A stretch of DNA of 64,000 nt from Balanoglossus misakiensis (taxonomy: Eukaryota; Animalia; Hemichordata). Of the stretch, positions 1 through 13,016 are shown piece by piece. The first letter of the stretch is position 1, and the number at the start of each line of letters is the position of its first letter. The notes under the pieces were generated by a model that saw only the letters and a program-made list of their open reading frames with translations, searched no databases and was not told the origin of the DNA. The position numbers and the translations under genes were made by a program. The stretch spans positions 14,692,359 through 14,756,358 of the forward strand of contig CM082580.2 of NCBI GenBank assembly GCA_040954595.2. Reading direction: 5' to 3'.

Positions 1-525
1 ATAATGTTTTTGGGAGTGGATTCAACAACAACAACAATTAAACTGATAGATTTGTTTATAATGTGCTTGTAAAGAAATTAGCCAATGATCATTCCTTTTT
101 AATAATACAAGTTATTTCCTCCACTGTATTTGTATTTGGCTTTTAGTGTATATGTGTACTAAAATATGAGTTAATGTACATGTGTGTTCAGGGACAGCTT
201 CAGATCAATATGCCCTACTCAAGCGTATAGATAGTGTGGTTGGAAGTTCAGAGGTTTTTTCATGAAGTCAAAATGTTGCTATGGCATAAAAAGAACACCT
301 CATAAAAAGTAGGAGTCCAAAATAACTAAAATGTTTGTACATTTCCAAACATTTATAACTTTCTATTTTTTTTCGTGTACTTTAAGAACACAGTGAGCAC
401 CAGCAAAAAGCATGGGGTAGCATCATTATGATTTGTTCAAATTACTTTTTTCTGGTTGGATTCTATTACAAAAAATCCTTCTTACATGGTATCTCACACA
501 AGAGAGTGTGGAAAACCCAACTTAC

Positions 526-762
526 CTCATAATAACTGTGCTCTGGTGATAGGGGTTCAGCAGCAATGTACAGACCTACCCTCTGCAACGGATCTGGCTG
601 ATAACTGAGCACATCACCCTCAACCAGTATCCTCTCATGCCGTACTTTATCTCTGTGGATCTCATAGTCTATCGGATTGGCTCTCCTCGGCCGGCCACCC
701 AGGTGGATCCGGCGTATCCCACCATTCCTCACTTGAAGCACTAGTCCGTTACCTAACTCCAT
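526..762 (-). CDS. SPRYD3: SPRY domain-containing protein 3, probable first coding exon (gene continues left, beyond the window)
   Basis: RHERILVEGDVLSYQ..VGLYIAAEPLSPEHSYYE resembles the human SPRYD3 N-terminus as I recall it (RFKHILVDGDTLSY..VGCYVASRPL..SNYFE). Minus-strand acceptor ttcttttctaag precedes 764, ATG at 762, donor GAG|gtaag at 526/525. Confidence 0.8.
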
Positions 763-1193
763 ACCTTAGAAAAGAAATGTCACACAGAGAGAAAAACAGA
801 CATATCTCTAAGAAGGAGATTTCTCATCTTGTATTGCTTCACACCAGCAGTATTCTGTGCACACAAGATTATATTAGACGGGACAGTCTCAACATATTAC
901 AGAGAAGATTTCCCCCGGGGTGAGCATCACTTGCATGCTGCCTATCAGTAAATCCCACGTTTTATACGCTGTGTTGAGTCTACTCAATTTACGACCAAAT
1001 ATTACATTACGGTTACACAATCATGTATCATACAGCCTCAATTAGTGTCAATCATTTTTTTTTCTGTTGTTGGAGACTCAGTCATCAGTTTCCACTGATA
1101 AGAGAGAACAGGTATATTAATCATCTACTGACAGCCACTGAATATGTAATCCTGAATACCAACACATGTATGTGAGGGGAATAATAACAAGTA

Positions 1194-1372
1194 CAGTCAA
1201 ACCTGTGTTAGTGACCACCTCTATATAGTGACCACCTCTATATAGTGACCACTTAGTTACAGTCCCTGTGCAATTTACACGTGTATAAATTAACCTGTCT
1301 ATAAAGACCACCTGTCTATAAAGGCCAGTTTGGTAAAGTCCCTTGACTGGCCACTATAGACAGGTTTGACTG
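1194..1372. mobile_element. MITE, Tc1/mariner-pogo-like non-autonomous DNA transposon
   Basis: TIRs CAGTCAAACCTGT...ACAGGTTTGACTG, TA on both sides (1192-93, 1373-74), internal gaccacctctatatagt subrepeats. Confidence 0.85.
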
Positions 1373-1541
1373 TATGTGTGGTCGAAACTGAATAAAAAAT
1401 CATCCCAAAAACAATATGTACATATCTGCACCTCACTCCCAGTGCATCATTTCAATAAAGTCAAATCAGGGTGTAGGTGGGTTCCATTCACATTTGAAGG
1501 ATGCTGAAACAGATCTGATGGGGGAGCTATCAACCCTTTAC

Positions 1542-1865
1542 TTAAGCAATAAAACACCCCCAGCCATGGTATATCACGAGATTTTGACCAGTTCACGACA
1601 TATACGCACGAGCGATAGCGAGTGCGTATATGGAGTTGAACTGGTCAAAATCGAGTGGTATACCATGGCTGGGGGTGTTTTATTGCTATTATATTATGCC
1701 AGTATATTGAAACTTTGCATAAAACATTTTAAAAAGGCATTTTCTTTAACTATGATATATGACTGTGGTATATGGCTAATATATCACGGTCACGTGTCGT
1801 GTCTCGACCAATCAAATAGCGTGATTTACACCATCAATATACTGGTATAATATAATATTCAATAT
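1542..1865. mobile_element. Interspersed hairpin-containing element, copy 1
   Basis: ~324 bp almost identical (2 mismatches seen) to 14835-15158; contains a ~143-bp imperfect palindrome at 1545-1687. Confidence 0.85.
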
Positions 1866-3021
1866 CTCTTTGATATCACAATTACCCTCTCAGCATCTAC
1901 CCTGTACCTTTCAAATTAAAATATACCGTAGGTCGTCTTTCAGATTTTCTGTACATAGGGAAGGGGCGGGTCAAGTGAGTCTAATCCATGGGGTATATAG
2001 TCAGTCTCATGACCGTGAAAAATGTCTGCAAAAATCATGCACGGCACATATTGATTACAATACAGTCAACATATCTGATCAGAGCAATACATGCACACTC
2101 ACAGTACAGCCAGCCAGTTCAGATGAAGTGGTTTCCATAGAAACATTATCTGCTGGAAATGTACATGTGATATACCACATGCACTGGTTTCTTTAGGCTA
2201 GCTAGCCTTTGATGGAGCTCTGACCATGCAAAAAAATTACAGTTTTTATCAGAGAAGAAGCCACCACTAATGTATACAGGTGTATCATCAAACTGCTGAA
2301 ATAATGCTAGACACTGTTGCCAAGACAACCACTCAGATCGTACCTTGATTGACATAATGATGTCAAAACCATAGTCACCATTCTCAAATCAATTTTGTAG
2401 TTCAATTTAGAATGTACAGACACCATGGCTTGACCAACAAATAGTCTGACACTATAAAGTCTAACGCAATTATGTAGACTGAGAATGCTAATTACCAATT
2501 CTATGGCTGTTATATAACATGGCTAATCTCCTGTAATCACATGCAGTGAATCTCGTATTTTAACAAAATAATAGCTTTTTATCATTTGGATAGGATGTTT
2601 TTGAGTGAAATGTATAAAAAAAATCGACAAATCATGGGAATTTCTGAATGTGATCGCCTAAAACTTTTAAATGAACTGCATAAATACAAAAGTACTGGAT
2701 ATAAAAGGATATCATTATCAAAAGGGAGATATTATATGCTTTAATCATGTCTCTATTGACTAGTGACTGATAGATTAGCTGCAGTATAGCCATAAACAGT
2801 TTATGCAGAAAACATGTCATTCAGCTTTTATTTATCCTGCCAAAAAAAATTTCCTGATAAACTAAGAGGTAAAATATTGAGCATACCAAATGCATTCATT
2901 TCTGTATGAAAACTCAACTGGCATCAATGCAGACGAAAACAACAAATCAAACACCAATATTTCTGGAAACTAATAATGATGATGATGATTATTATTATAA
3001 TTATATCATCATAAACAGTAG

Positions 3022-3113
<92 letters not shown>
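3022..3113. repeat. (ATC)n microsatellite
   Basis: About 30 perfect CAT/ATC units. Confidence 0.98.
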
Positions 3114-3819
3114 ATGATTCATCATCATTTATTTTTCTTTCAATTCAACTGAGAAATCTTATTATCATTGAAGAAGAAAGCAATTTATATGCATGTATAC
3201 TAAACATATGTTTACCCTTCAGTAATGTTTATCCTGGTTTGACCTCTAAAATATCCTATAACAAAATGTATGTTGACACGCATAAATGCTTGCACATCAC
3301 GTACATCAATCACCTAGCAGAGTACATCCGTCAACATTTAAAAAACTGAGTTGTCATAATGATAGGGTTTTGAAATTTTTTAAATATCATAATACATGTC
3401 ACTTGGACTTTATAAACGTATGAATAGAAAATTGAATAAACAAATTATCACTGGGGCCGAAGGACACATGTGGAGGACAGGTCCACATTGATGACATTTT
3501 CGCACTTTTATAGCGTAACTCAATGTAAATATTCCACTTGATGTGTCGTGGCGTAATTATAAAACTACATGACTATATACTGTGTACAGGGTGTTGGTCA
3601 ACTATTTTGGTTTTGTGGTTGGCCAAATTTTAAAAGGGATCACACTGAATGCGGACTTTCAGCTGATCAGTGCAACGTTCCATCATTTTCCAACACCCGT
3701 TGTCCCGCGTCAATTTCGTTACTCCGGATATTTCAACATAAACGTAAACATGATTTGTACTCATACTGTACTGTGCACAAACGTGGACGTACACATTACA
3801 TGTAAACTATAGATGTAGT

Positions 3820-4355
3820 ACATTGTAACTTCCGGGTTTATGGTTGGTCAGCTAGTACTACTTGGACAGCAAAATCGCCGGACCGTCGTGTAAAACTGAC
3901 GATATGAATGGACTTAAACTACATTTTTGAAATCGAAACAACCTAATGTGTTACCTTCAGTAAGTGAAATTACTCATGACAGTATATTTACCTGTGTCAC
4001 ATTGATGACACTACCCGCTGTGTACGTTCCCTTCTGGTTGCCGTGAACGTTTACGTCAGTACTGAGCGTGCGCGGAGAGCGTTATTTTTGTCTCGCAACA
4101 TGCGAGACGAAAATTAAAGGATTGTAGATTCAAACTCATGCACACTACAACCCCTCGGAACCAGGTTGAATACACAAATTGATTAAAATGACAAATTCTG
4201 TGAGACTATATACTGTTGTGTTCAGAAACACAATGTCACAATTTTATTAATGACAATATTTCGGTCACATGACTTGAACGAGAGTTTAGGATAGGAGGGA
4301 GCGTCTGTTGTCTGCATCGAAATATTTACAGTGTGCATTTTAAAATTCCGTAACA
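3820..4355. promoter_or_regulatory. Putative bidirectional promoter / 5' region of SPRYD3 (-) and RP2 (+)
   Basis: Locally CpG-rich stretch between divergent genes; ACTTCCGG (ETS-like, ~3828), GCGTGCGC (NRF1-like, ~4066), TCTCGC-N5-GCGAGA palindrome (4091-4107), ACTACAACCCC (ZNF143/THAP11-like, 4144); candidate minus-strand donors at 3992 and 3955. Confidence 0.5.
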
Positions 4356-4426
4356 ATGGGTTGTCTATGGCCAAAACCAGGAGACGAGTCAGGAGAGCAA
4401 GAGGAGGCACCCAAAGTTTATAGTTG
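4356..4426 (+). CDS. RP2: Protein XRP2 exon 1 (MGCLWPKPGDESGEQEEAPKVYSW)
   Basis: MGC acylation motif and PKxYSW as in RP2; donor TG|gtaag; phase 2. Confidence 0.92.
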
Positions 4427-5329
4427 GTAAGATATAAACCAGAAAATTTACAATTTCAATCACTGATCAACAAACTATGCAATGTAGTCTGTCACTGACA
4501 CCACGGAGTTGCTGACACTGAAGCAGCCTTATACACTCTACCACTGACAGATCTGATTGGTCACTATTACTTTCCGCACACCTGAAACAGATGTTTATTT
4601 TCAGCAATTCAGCTCAATCGTGCAAATAAAATTAAAAGCTAAAGTTTATTTATAGCATTGCATTCACCTAATTGCCAGTTTTTTCCTGGTACAGTCCCTA
4701 ACTATATCATAATCTGAATATGCTCTGTCTAATATTATTCCATGTAAGGATGTCTGAGGGCGCACTTCAGGATCTTCAAAGGTGTACAGAGATTCTCCAG
4801 TGTCACTTGTGTAAAATGCCTTGTACATGTAATCATAAAATACAACATGAATGCTGACTGCTTATGTCTATTATTAGGCAAGAGGAGATTGGAATTACTA
4901 TGAAATAATCCTGACACTCCCTCACCCAACAACCAGTGAAGTGGAGTAGGAGGCTGGGGTTCTGTAGCGTTATTTTGCCACCTTCACATAAAACACTTCT
5001 TACAAATAGCCAGTTTTCATCAGCGTGTTATTAGGTACAGTTGCACCCTGACTTCAACGTCAGCAAAATTGTTGAAGATATTCTGAAAAGAAGATTACCG
5101 CTATTAGGAATTTTCAAGCCATTTACATAGCAACAAAGATGACATATCTCTTTATCAATTCATCATATAATTTTAACTGTCAAATCATGTTTCAAAATAT
5201 ACCGGTTCTACTAGTACATAAAATTGGTGATAATAGATGGTTCTGTATTCACAGAGCCAGACTCATGATAAGGATATATTCTAGACTGAATTTTTATCCA
5301 GACGTCATCACAAGTTAGTATGCAGCACT

Positions 5330-6142
5330 TATAATCGTTCCCATCTGGATTCGAACGATAATGTTGATCTAAATGTTACCATACTTGCACATTTGGTTTG
5401 CCAAGTTGTTCCTTATCTTACTTCAGTTTCGGCGCCCAGTTGCTGATGTTGCGGTAAATTCAAAGAGGTTATATCTAGATTGATAACAATACTAACAGTG
5501 GGGTATTACGGGTGTCGTAAGAGGATCGTCTTACACTTTAAACAAACTGGCGAAGCATCCTACCGGGTAAGAAACCATTAATCCTGTTTGTGTTTGCCGC
5601 AAAGCATATAAACTGTACAACAACTGTAGCAAAGTTGGAATCAACTTCACAAACCAATTACACAAGTGTGATAACATTTAGATCAACATGAACGTTCGAA
5701 GCCAGATTAGCCCGGAGACGCGGCCGTTGATCTAGAATCTAGAATACAACGCCCGGGGACAGTGGACTAACTTCCTGCTGAGCGGAAAGATAGTAGCCCT
5801 GGCAACGATCAGGGTCGCTTAGTAACGAATGGATAACGAGTGATCTATCAAATGTTGACGGGCGCCAGTGGTTGGATGATATAATTAACATAGCTTGGGT
5901 ATGATAACATACTTGGTGACTCCACCTCTATTTCCTTATTTAGAATGCGATGATGTCATCTGGTTTACACATTGTTACATTGAGTGACCAATTAGCTTAC
6001 ACACAAGATTTACCACCCGTGTCGTTCTGCGCACAGAATTCGGTGCGTAAATAGAGACTGTCCCCGGGCGTTCCTTTTCCCCTAGACCAAAGCCCGTGTA
6101 AAGCCCGCGTCTCCGGGCTAAAGCCAGATGGGAACGACCGTA
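5330..6142. mobile_element. Non-autonomous TIR element (outer), interrupted by a nested insertion
   Basis: Left end TATAATCGTTCCCATCTGGATTCGAACG..ATGTTGATCTAAATGTTA mirrors right end TAACATTTAGATCAACAT..CGTTCGAAGCCAGAT[insert]GGGAACGACCGTA. No clear TSD. Confidence 0.75.
5708..6120. mobile_element. Non-autonomous DNA transposon (inner), TAG..CTA ends, 9-bp TSD
   Basis: TIRs TAGCCCGGAGACGCGG / CCGCGTCTCCGGGCTA; subterminal IR AACGCCCGGGGACAGT / ACTGTCCCCGGGCGTT; TSD AAGCCAGAT at 5699-5707 and 6121-6129. Confidence 0.9.
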
Positions 6143-7186
6143 ATAGCTACAAATAAGCTAAGCGGTCTATTTTACTTGGTGCGAAGTCAGTTTCTCAGAA
6201 GGTTAAGGGGTCTGCACTAGTTCATTAGATATGTAGGTGTGTGGACATTGTAACCAAAACTGTACGTGTAATACTTGGTGCTGCTGATATAAGACAAGCC
6301 TGTGGATGATTGTCCTATAATTGCCAAGTAGTGACAAATTCTACTGAGCGATTGAAACATGAAGACCTGACATTGTCTGACAGAATGAATTTTGAATGCT
6401 GTGTGTGGGGAAAATAATCTGTTTTGTTGACAGCTGCTGTCTAAAAAAACAGTGGGATTCTCCAATGGAAATTTCAGAAATCAGCTCATAATTTATATTT
6501 ATCTGTTTGCTTTATACAAACATTTCACCTGACCAGTGTTTAGTGGAACAATTTCCTTTGTAAGTCTGTATCTATCCAGAGAGGCACTGTGAATGTATTC
6601 ATCAGATTCAGAGTTACAGAGTCATTGTGTGATTGTGGAGAGCCTTTTAACCGGCATTCTTCCTGGGGCACTTGTACTATTCACAGTGGATGCTGCTTGA
6701 CATTCTGCAAGCAAATGTAAATATCTGTTGGTGGCAGCTGAATCAAGTTGCGTGAATACAGCATGAGGTAGAAAATCGACAAGGAATGGCTTCACCACCA
6801 GACAAGTTGCTTCTATTCGCATTCGCTGTGATGACTTGCTCAACAAAACCTGACATCCCAGGAGAGTCATAAAGGAATATCCAAATTCTGAGACTTCATC
6901 AATGACTCATCACTACTGCCACTATCAACAAAGACATTTTCAATGCACTGTTATATCTTGAAATTGTTTGTTCAGACAGTGCTACTAAATGTATGCAGAT
7001 AATCACCTGTTGTCTGGTCATTATGTATGCCTGCCATTGTACACCTCACTCCTGACAATTGCAACTCTTACAACAGGATTGTGTGCATAATTAAACCATC
7101 CTTATGAGCAACTACGAGTATCAAAGCAATTCTGACAACTCAGGACTGTTTAACTGTCTCCTACATCCGTTTTCTACTTTGGACAG

Positions 7187-7304
7187 GGAGCGGAAAGACA
7201 GACCTGACCCCAAGGATTTCACCATTGAAAACCTGAAAGGGGAGACAGTTGGCCGTGTACCAGGTACAATTAATGGACAACAGTTTATAATCAATAACTG
7301 CGAG
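7187..7304 (+). CDS. RP2: XRP2 exon 2 (ERKDRPDPKDFTIENLKGETVGRVPGTINGQQFIINNCE)
   Basis: Start of the TBCC/C-CAP beta-helix; cag| acceptor and |gtgagt donor; phase consistent. Confidence 0.95.
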
Positions 7305-9564
7305 GTGAGTTTTTCTTTTAGGTCAATCTCCTCACCATCTGCTAGTAAACTTCATAATCTCAATTGTCCAATTTAAGAGAAATTTCACATCATAATGGGT
7401 ACAGGGCACATCATAGTGAAACAATTGTTTTCACTTGAATTCAGATACTCTTACCAACAAAAAATACAACCTATGATCAACACAGAGTTTCTGATCATAC
7501 AATTGAAAATATCTCTAGCTTAAATCATTTAAAACACTGAGCACTAAATTACTATGTAAGCAGACATCAAGTCCAGTTTAGTACTTGAAATTTGTTAGAT
7601 TTGTGAGCTTAGGTAAGTGCATGCTAAAGTTTATGTTACTCACCCAGAGGGAACTAGTCAACCATCATCAAACCAGGTATCCATAATAATAGAGTGATTG
7701 CAAATGCAGTGAAAGCACTGGGTATATGCTGTGTTATAGTGAATGAAATTCCTCCATTGATTAAGTTTCAAATCTGTGTTACACCAAATCAAAATACCTA
7801 TGACAATGAGAGATAGACTCTTTAAACCAGGCAGATTTCTAACTTTTTTGCGCAAATTTGAAACATGCTTCTGTTAATGAGTTTTGGATCCATACAAAAA
7901 CAAACAAGAAATGTGAAATGGGTACTTGCAGCTGGTAGACTCTCATAATAAGGAGTGTGGGTTATATTGATTACTGTGGCAATTTATTGCGTTGCTTGGG
8001 AATATCAAAGTCAGCCACTAATAAACAGATACATGTAGTATACGTGTATTTCCTGTGTCAGTGGCAACATATGCATACACAATGAAGTGAGTTCATGGTC
8101 GGAATAATACTCACTTTACTCCAGCATTCTTTGAGTCATCAGAAACAAACAGTGGAAATAACAGAGAATTAAGATTTGTATGTCAGCATATGAAATGGTA
8201 ACCACATCACTGTGCATTAGCCACAGGGGAAAAATCTGCCATCAAAGGAGAGGGCTGTGTTCTAATCTAAGTATATAATCCTACTTATGGCTATGCGCTT
8301 ATTTATTACTGTGTGCATTATCCAGCTGCTTGCCGAATACTGGAAATCACCAGAGCACTTTGTGCTTGCCGTGCTGATAATGTAATGAGAGAGAGAGAAA
8401 AAAACTGTGCAAATTGATAATATATCAATAAATTAATATGAAAAACAAAACAGTGATTGATGAAAAGGTCCATTTCCCTAAAATTCCTAAAGGAATGAGA
8501 CAATAACATAGACATAATATGAACATTAATGCCATATCAATTTGTTTCTCAAAAGTCGTATTTATGTTTCTGCCAGCTAGAAGTAAATTGATTCCTCTTT
8601 AATGTGTTTTCATGGTGTGTTGTAAGGATGTATTTAAATTAGATGTTAAGCGATTAGAGCTATTGTGTTCATGCCTATGGATGGCACGTTATGGTTTTCT
8701 TCAAGAGGTTGTACAAAGAATCAGAATCAGATAACAAACTGATTAGTCTGAACAGTTGTAGAAATTTTATGTTTATGGAATTAAGAAGAAAAATCGCTTT
8801 AATTTCTTAAAATGTGTGTGCTTAGATTAAAAATCTGTTCTTGAAAGACTGTCTAGTAGATTTATGATCATGACCCAAGTTAATGTTTTGGGGATTTTGA
8901 GAATGATAATCATATTTGTAAATGACAACTTATAAGTTAATATCAGAAAGTAAATGTCATGGATTGATACACGGTAATTTAAGGATGTATGCGCAGATCG
9001 TACGCTGGTAAACAACGCGCATGTGTCTCTTTCTCATAGGATTACATTGATAATTGCTAGAAAACTCACATCTGCTATTGTCATTTCCACGAAATTTTAC
9101 ATATAGCTCAGTCAAGTAAAAATAAATTCATAAGTCAAATAAAATCGTGTGGTCACCACACTCTATTTTGATATATAAACTTCGCTAAAAATTTTCCCCA
9201 TAGACAAACCATTGGTGAAAAATGCTGAGACAGCAGTTTTCTTCTATTATCGACTTAATTCATGGCTCTGTATTTCAAAAACAAGCGTGGTGACCCCTAT
9301 ATTTTATTACTGATTTCCATTGTACATACAAAGGAGAATCTAATTTTGCTGAACGTACATTTCGCATTAATGACTATGTTCATGGAAGGATTGTTCTGCA
9401 AAGACATCAAACCAATTATGTAAGAGCATTTTCAGAATTTTTCGCCATCAATCAAGGTTATTGAGTTGGTGTATATCCAACAGCCTGTAATTTCGATCAA
9501 CCTAATTTGTTCGGACAAATGACATAGATTAATATTGAACTTACTCAGCTTTTCTGATTTGCAG

Positions 9565-9656
9565 GATTGCAACATCTACATTTATGACCATACAGCTACC
9601 ATCACTATAGATGACTGTATCAACTGTAGGATCTTCGTCGCTCCAATTAAAGGAAG
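9565..9656 (+). CDS. RP2: XRP2 exon 3 ([31 protein letters not shown])
   Basis: Matches RP2 CNIYIFDHSATVTIDDC; tttgcag| and |gtaaat. Confidence 0.95.
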
Positions 9657-10906
9657 GTAAATAATATATTCCAAAATGTAATTATCAAGGGGGCATTAGT
9701 TTGTCTATGCCATGATGAACTGTCGGGTACATCTATTCGTGTGCCTCTTGAACAAAATTGCAGTTATTTTTTGTATATTGAAAATCCTTCAAAGACATGC
9801 TACCCTTTCTGAGTCTCATAAACAGGTACTACTACTAGCCATGGTTACTGTTTTACAACTTTACTTCAAGTGAGATCAGAATACACACATATTAATCTGT
9901 TTAACATGAACTAAATTAACTTACTTTTCCCGATAATCAATTGAAATACAGAATGATAAAAATCGAAGATTTTTGTACTGCAATTGCCTTTTGTGTGTAA
10001 TAAAATGTTTTATCCTAGTGTATATTGGAAAAGATGAGTATTCATAAAATTACTTTTTTTAAACTGACTACATGTATATGATCTGCATACAGAAATATCT
10101 CACTTGCCAGGAAGTTCACTTGGGTTGACAAGGAAAGCATGTACATGTACACTTCATTTATAATGAATATTTTTGTGGGTAGTACATGTATGATTTCAAT
10201 CAAAAAAGCTAATAGCTGCTTCCTTGGTGAGATTTGTTTGTTGTGCATTTTTTAAGAATATCTTTAACAGATTTAAAGTAATTGTTTGTCATTATTTGTG
10301 TTACCATTTTGTAAACATTTACTATTTCTGTGCAACATAATCTTGTCATCACTTTTGTGGGGTCTTGTACAAAAACCAGCAATCATTGTGAATGCATTGT
10401 CTCCGTTGGGCAAAATCATTCATTGTGATGAAAACCACATCAACTGCAACATGAAAAAGCCTCAATTTGTAAAAACATTGTGTTTTGCCTCATAAATATG
10501 CAGCACATGCAATTTCGTTTGTGTGGCTGATGCCTTGATATTAAATAAAGGCCATATTTTGTCCAATGCCCAAACACAGATAACTGTCTAGGGCAACAAA
10601 ATAATGTCTGGAGTCTGTTCATGAATGCATGTGTATATTTTGTTATTTGGTCAAAGTTGATTCTTGCTAACATTTTTAAATAGTTTGTATTCCATTATCG
10701 GAACTTTTAAATGAAGTCAACTGTAATAATAAAATAGTATGATTATGAATAGTTTCATTTTACATTTTAGTGGATCTTGAAACTAATCAGCTGTGTCATG
10801 TTTGACTGCTAAACTATAGCAGCCTATATGTATATGTACTGGTCATATTTGAATTCACATCGAGGGTAAAGTTTTCTGTATTTTGATCTTATTTTGAATT
10901 TTTCAG

Positions 10907-11079
10907 TGTATACTTCCGAGACTGCAAAGATTGCAAATGTGTGGTGGCATGTCAACAGTTCCGGACGAGAGATTGCAAAAAGATGGACATATTCCTCTGC
11001 TGCCAAACACAACCAATTATTGAATCATCCACTGGTATGAAATTTGGATGTTTTCAGTACTACTATCCAGAACTAAAAG
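10907..11079 (+). CDS. RP2: XRP2 exon 4 with catalytic arginine finger ([23 protein letters not shown]...QPIIESS...YYPELK)
   Basis: CQQFR (human Arg118 motif) and QPIIESS conserved; tttcag| and |gtaac. Confidence 0.97.
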
Positions 11080-11529
11080 GTAACATAGAATGTTTGTTGT
11101 TCACAAGAAATTACGATATTCTATTTTACTCTCATTGTCTCTAAACTGCACCTCTTTATCAAGATACCAGCTTTGTTGGTGATGATATGCCCACCATGTA
11201 CTGTCTTATCAATGAAAAAAAAATAAGCAAAGTCAAATTACAATGGCAGTTTGCATTTTGATATAATCTTTTTATGGCTTTGAATGTTCTTTGACCTATT
11301 TTGTTACAACTTGGCACAAAAGTAATAGACCATGACAGATATATATATTTATTGTAAAGCACATTGAGATAATTGATTATGTAATGTGTTCATAAAATTG
11401 AAGGTTATAATTATGATTATATTTGCAAATGATATGCTAATGATTTTACCATCCACCAATGCTGATTCATGTCTGCTTTCTTAAACTGAGGTTGATCTTA
11501 ATGTAATTTTTATGTGTCTACACTGGCAG

Positions 11530-11633
11530 AACATTTCAAGAAATCAGATCTGAGTGTGTATAACAACAACTGGAGTACTATACATGATTTTACACCAGTA
11601 CCTGGTGAAACGAACTGGTCGCTCATATCAGCA
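11530..11633 (+). CDS. RP2: XRP2 exon 5 ([35 protein letters not shown])
   Basis: NNxWSxIHDFTP motif; cag| and |gtaagt. Confidence 0.95.
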
Positions 11634-11772
11634 GTAAGTATGACCATTGTCAGTTATACTTCTTTCGGTCATCTCTCATCGTCGGGTCCGCATAGCTTGG
11701 CTATCTCGTTCTGGGTACAGTCTCCCTAGCCTACCTTGGCTAGCACAGATGTTCATCTCTGAGGAAACTGCC

Positions 11773-11817
<45 letters not shown>

Positions 11818-11838
11818 GGATGGATGGATGGATGGATT

Positions 11839-11904
<66 letters not shown>

Positions 11905-11913
11905 TAAATAGAT
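11773..11913. repeat. Compound tetranucleotide microsatellite (TAGA/TGGA/CAGA)n in RP2 intron 5
   Basis: Direct reading. Confidence 0.95.
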
Positions 11914-11952
11914 GCCTTCATTTTTTCCATTCGCTCTTTTGTGTTTTTAAAG

Positions 11953-12081
11953 GATGTGAAACTGGAAGACCTTGTGCCAAAACCAACAACAGAACAGTTT
12001 GCCCAGGTTGAAATATCCACAGACGTCCACAAAAGTGTTGTGCCGCTCACAACTGGAACAAGGAGAATATCATCAGATGAG
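11953..12081 (+). CDS. RP2: XRP2 exon 6 (DVKLEDLVPKPTTEQF...RRISSDE)
   Basis: VPxPTTE and SSDE match RP2; aag| and |gtcagt; phase 0/0. Confidence 0.93.
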
Positions 12082-12336
12082 GTCAGTTTGAATACTGTTA
12101 GGTACACCCATGAACGGCTAAAAAAACACATTGTTTGACATCTTGGGTTCTGTGATTTGATATCACAAACTTACATAACTAATTTCTTTGAAACACTACC
12201 GTAGATCAAGTGTTTTGACTGGATATTTGTGTTTCACATCAATTACCATAGTGTTTAACAAGGCTCAGGTGCTGACTTCTCTGAGTTCTGTTATAAGACA
12301 ATACTAGAAATCTGCATTCTTATTTTTGTATTTTAG

Positions 12337-12408
12337 TCTTGTCTAGTAGTGTGTTCTAGGGAGTCTGAAGACAAGATAGAAGAGTTTCTAGAAAAACTCA
12401 GAGAAGAG
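12337..12408 (+). CDS. RP2: XRP2 exon 7 (SCLVVCSRESEDKIEEFLEKLREE)
   Basis: SCLVV continues SSDE, the start of the NDK-like domain; ttttag| and |gtaaga. Confidence 0.9.
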
Positions 12409-12678
12409 GTAAGACTTTGTATGTCTCAGATGTGTGGTATGATGACAGTGTGGCAGTTGTAAGTATGTGAACAGATCCATTTTCTTTCAGATTAGATTTG
12501 CATAATAACAAACTTTTGATGTGACATATTTCCAGTAGTGGTAAATTGGTGTACACCATTCATATAGACATCAACAAACCAATTGACACATCTGGGATAA
12601 GTTTGTATGCTGAACACTTGTTTTCTTTGACTTGCATACATGTAAATTATAAAAAAAATCCTTGATCTTTTGTTGAAG

Positions 12679-12778
12679 GGGTCATACATTCTTGTTCAGA
12701 CCAAAGAAGTGACTATGAGACCAGAAGAAGCAAATGTTATTCTTGGTGACCCTAAATATTCAACACTTGTCCAAAATG
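12679..12778 (+). CDS. RP2: XRP2 exon 8 (GSYILVQTKEVTMRPEEANVILGDPKYSTLVQNG)
   Basis: LVQTKEV motif; gaag| and |gtgagt. Confidence 0.92.
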
Positions 12779-13016
12779 GTGAGTGAAATATTCCTAAGTG
12801 AGAAACCTGCATACCTTCCCGAGCTTTCACAATTGTTCAGAGTTTATCATTGATGATTGTGCAAAATCTCTCAGAACGTCTAGTGTGTTATTATGCTCAA
12901 CAGTCAAGTGAAAATCTGTATTTGATGAGATCTCAAGTATCAACTGTGTAGCTGTGGATAGATTAATACAGGTATCTGTGGATTTGAAAATAATACCATG
13001 TGGTTTCTCTTGGCAG

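Noticed and set aside
1416-1850. 144-aa ORF sharing a peptide with the ORF at 14799-15122
   Set aside because: The shared peptide is just the translated hairpin repeat; no transposase or other motif.
3998-4070. Possible C/D snoRNA (TGATGA...CTGA)
   Set aside because: Imperfect C box, only a 3-bp terminal stem, no recognisable rRNA antisense guide, and it lies in the promoter region.
8979-9330. Possible TTAA-flanked (Kolobok/piggyBac-like) element in RP2 intron 2
   Set aside because: Only a candidate left end (ttaaggatgtatgcgc) was seen; no matching right TIR or TSD.
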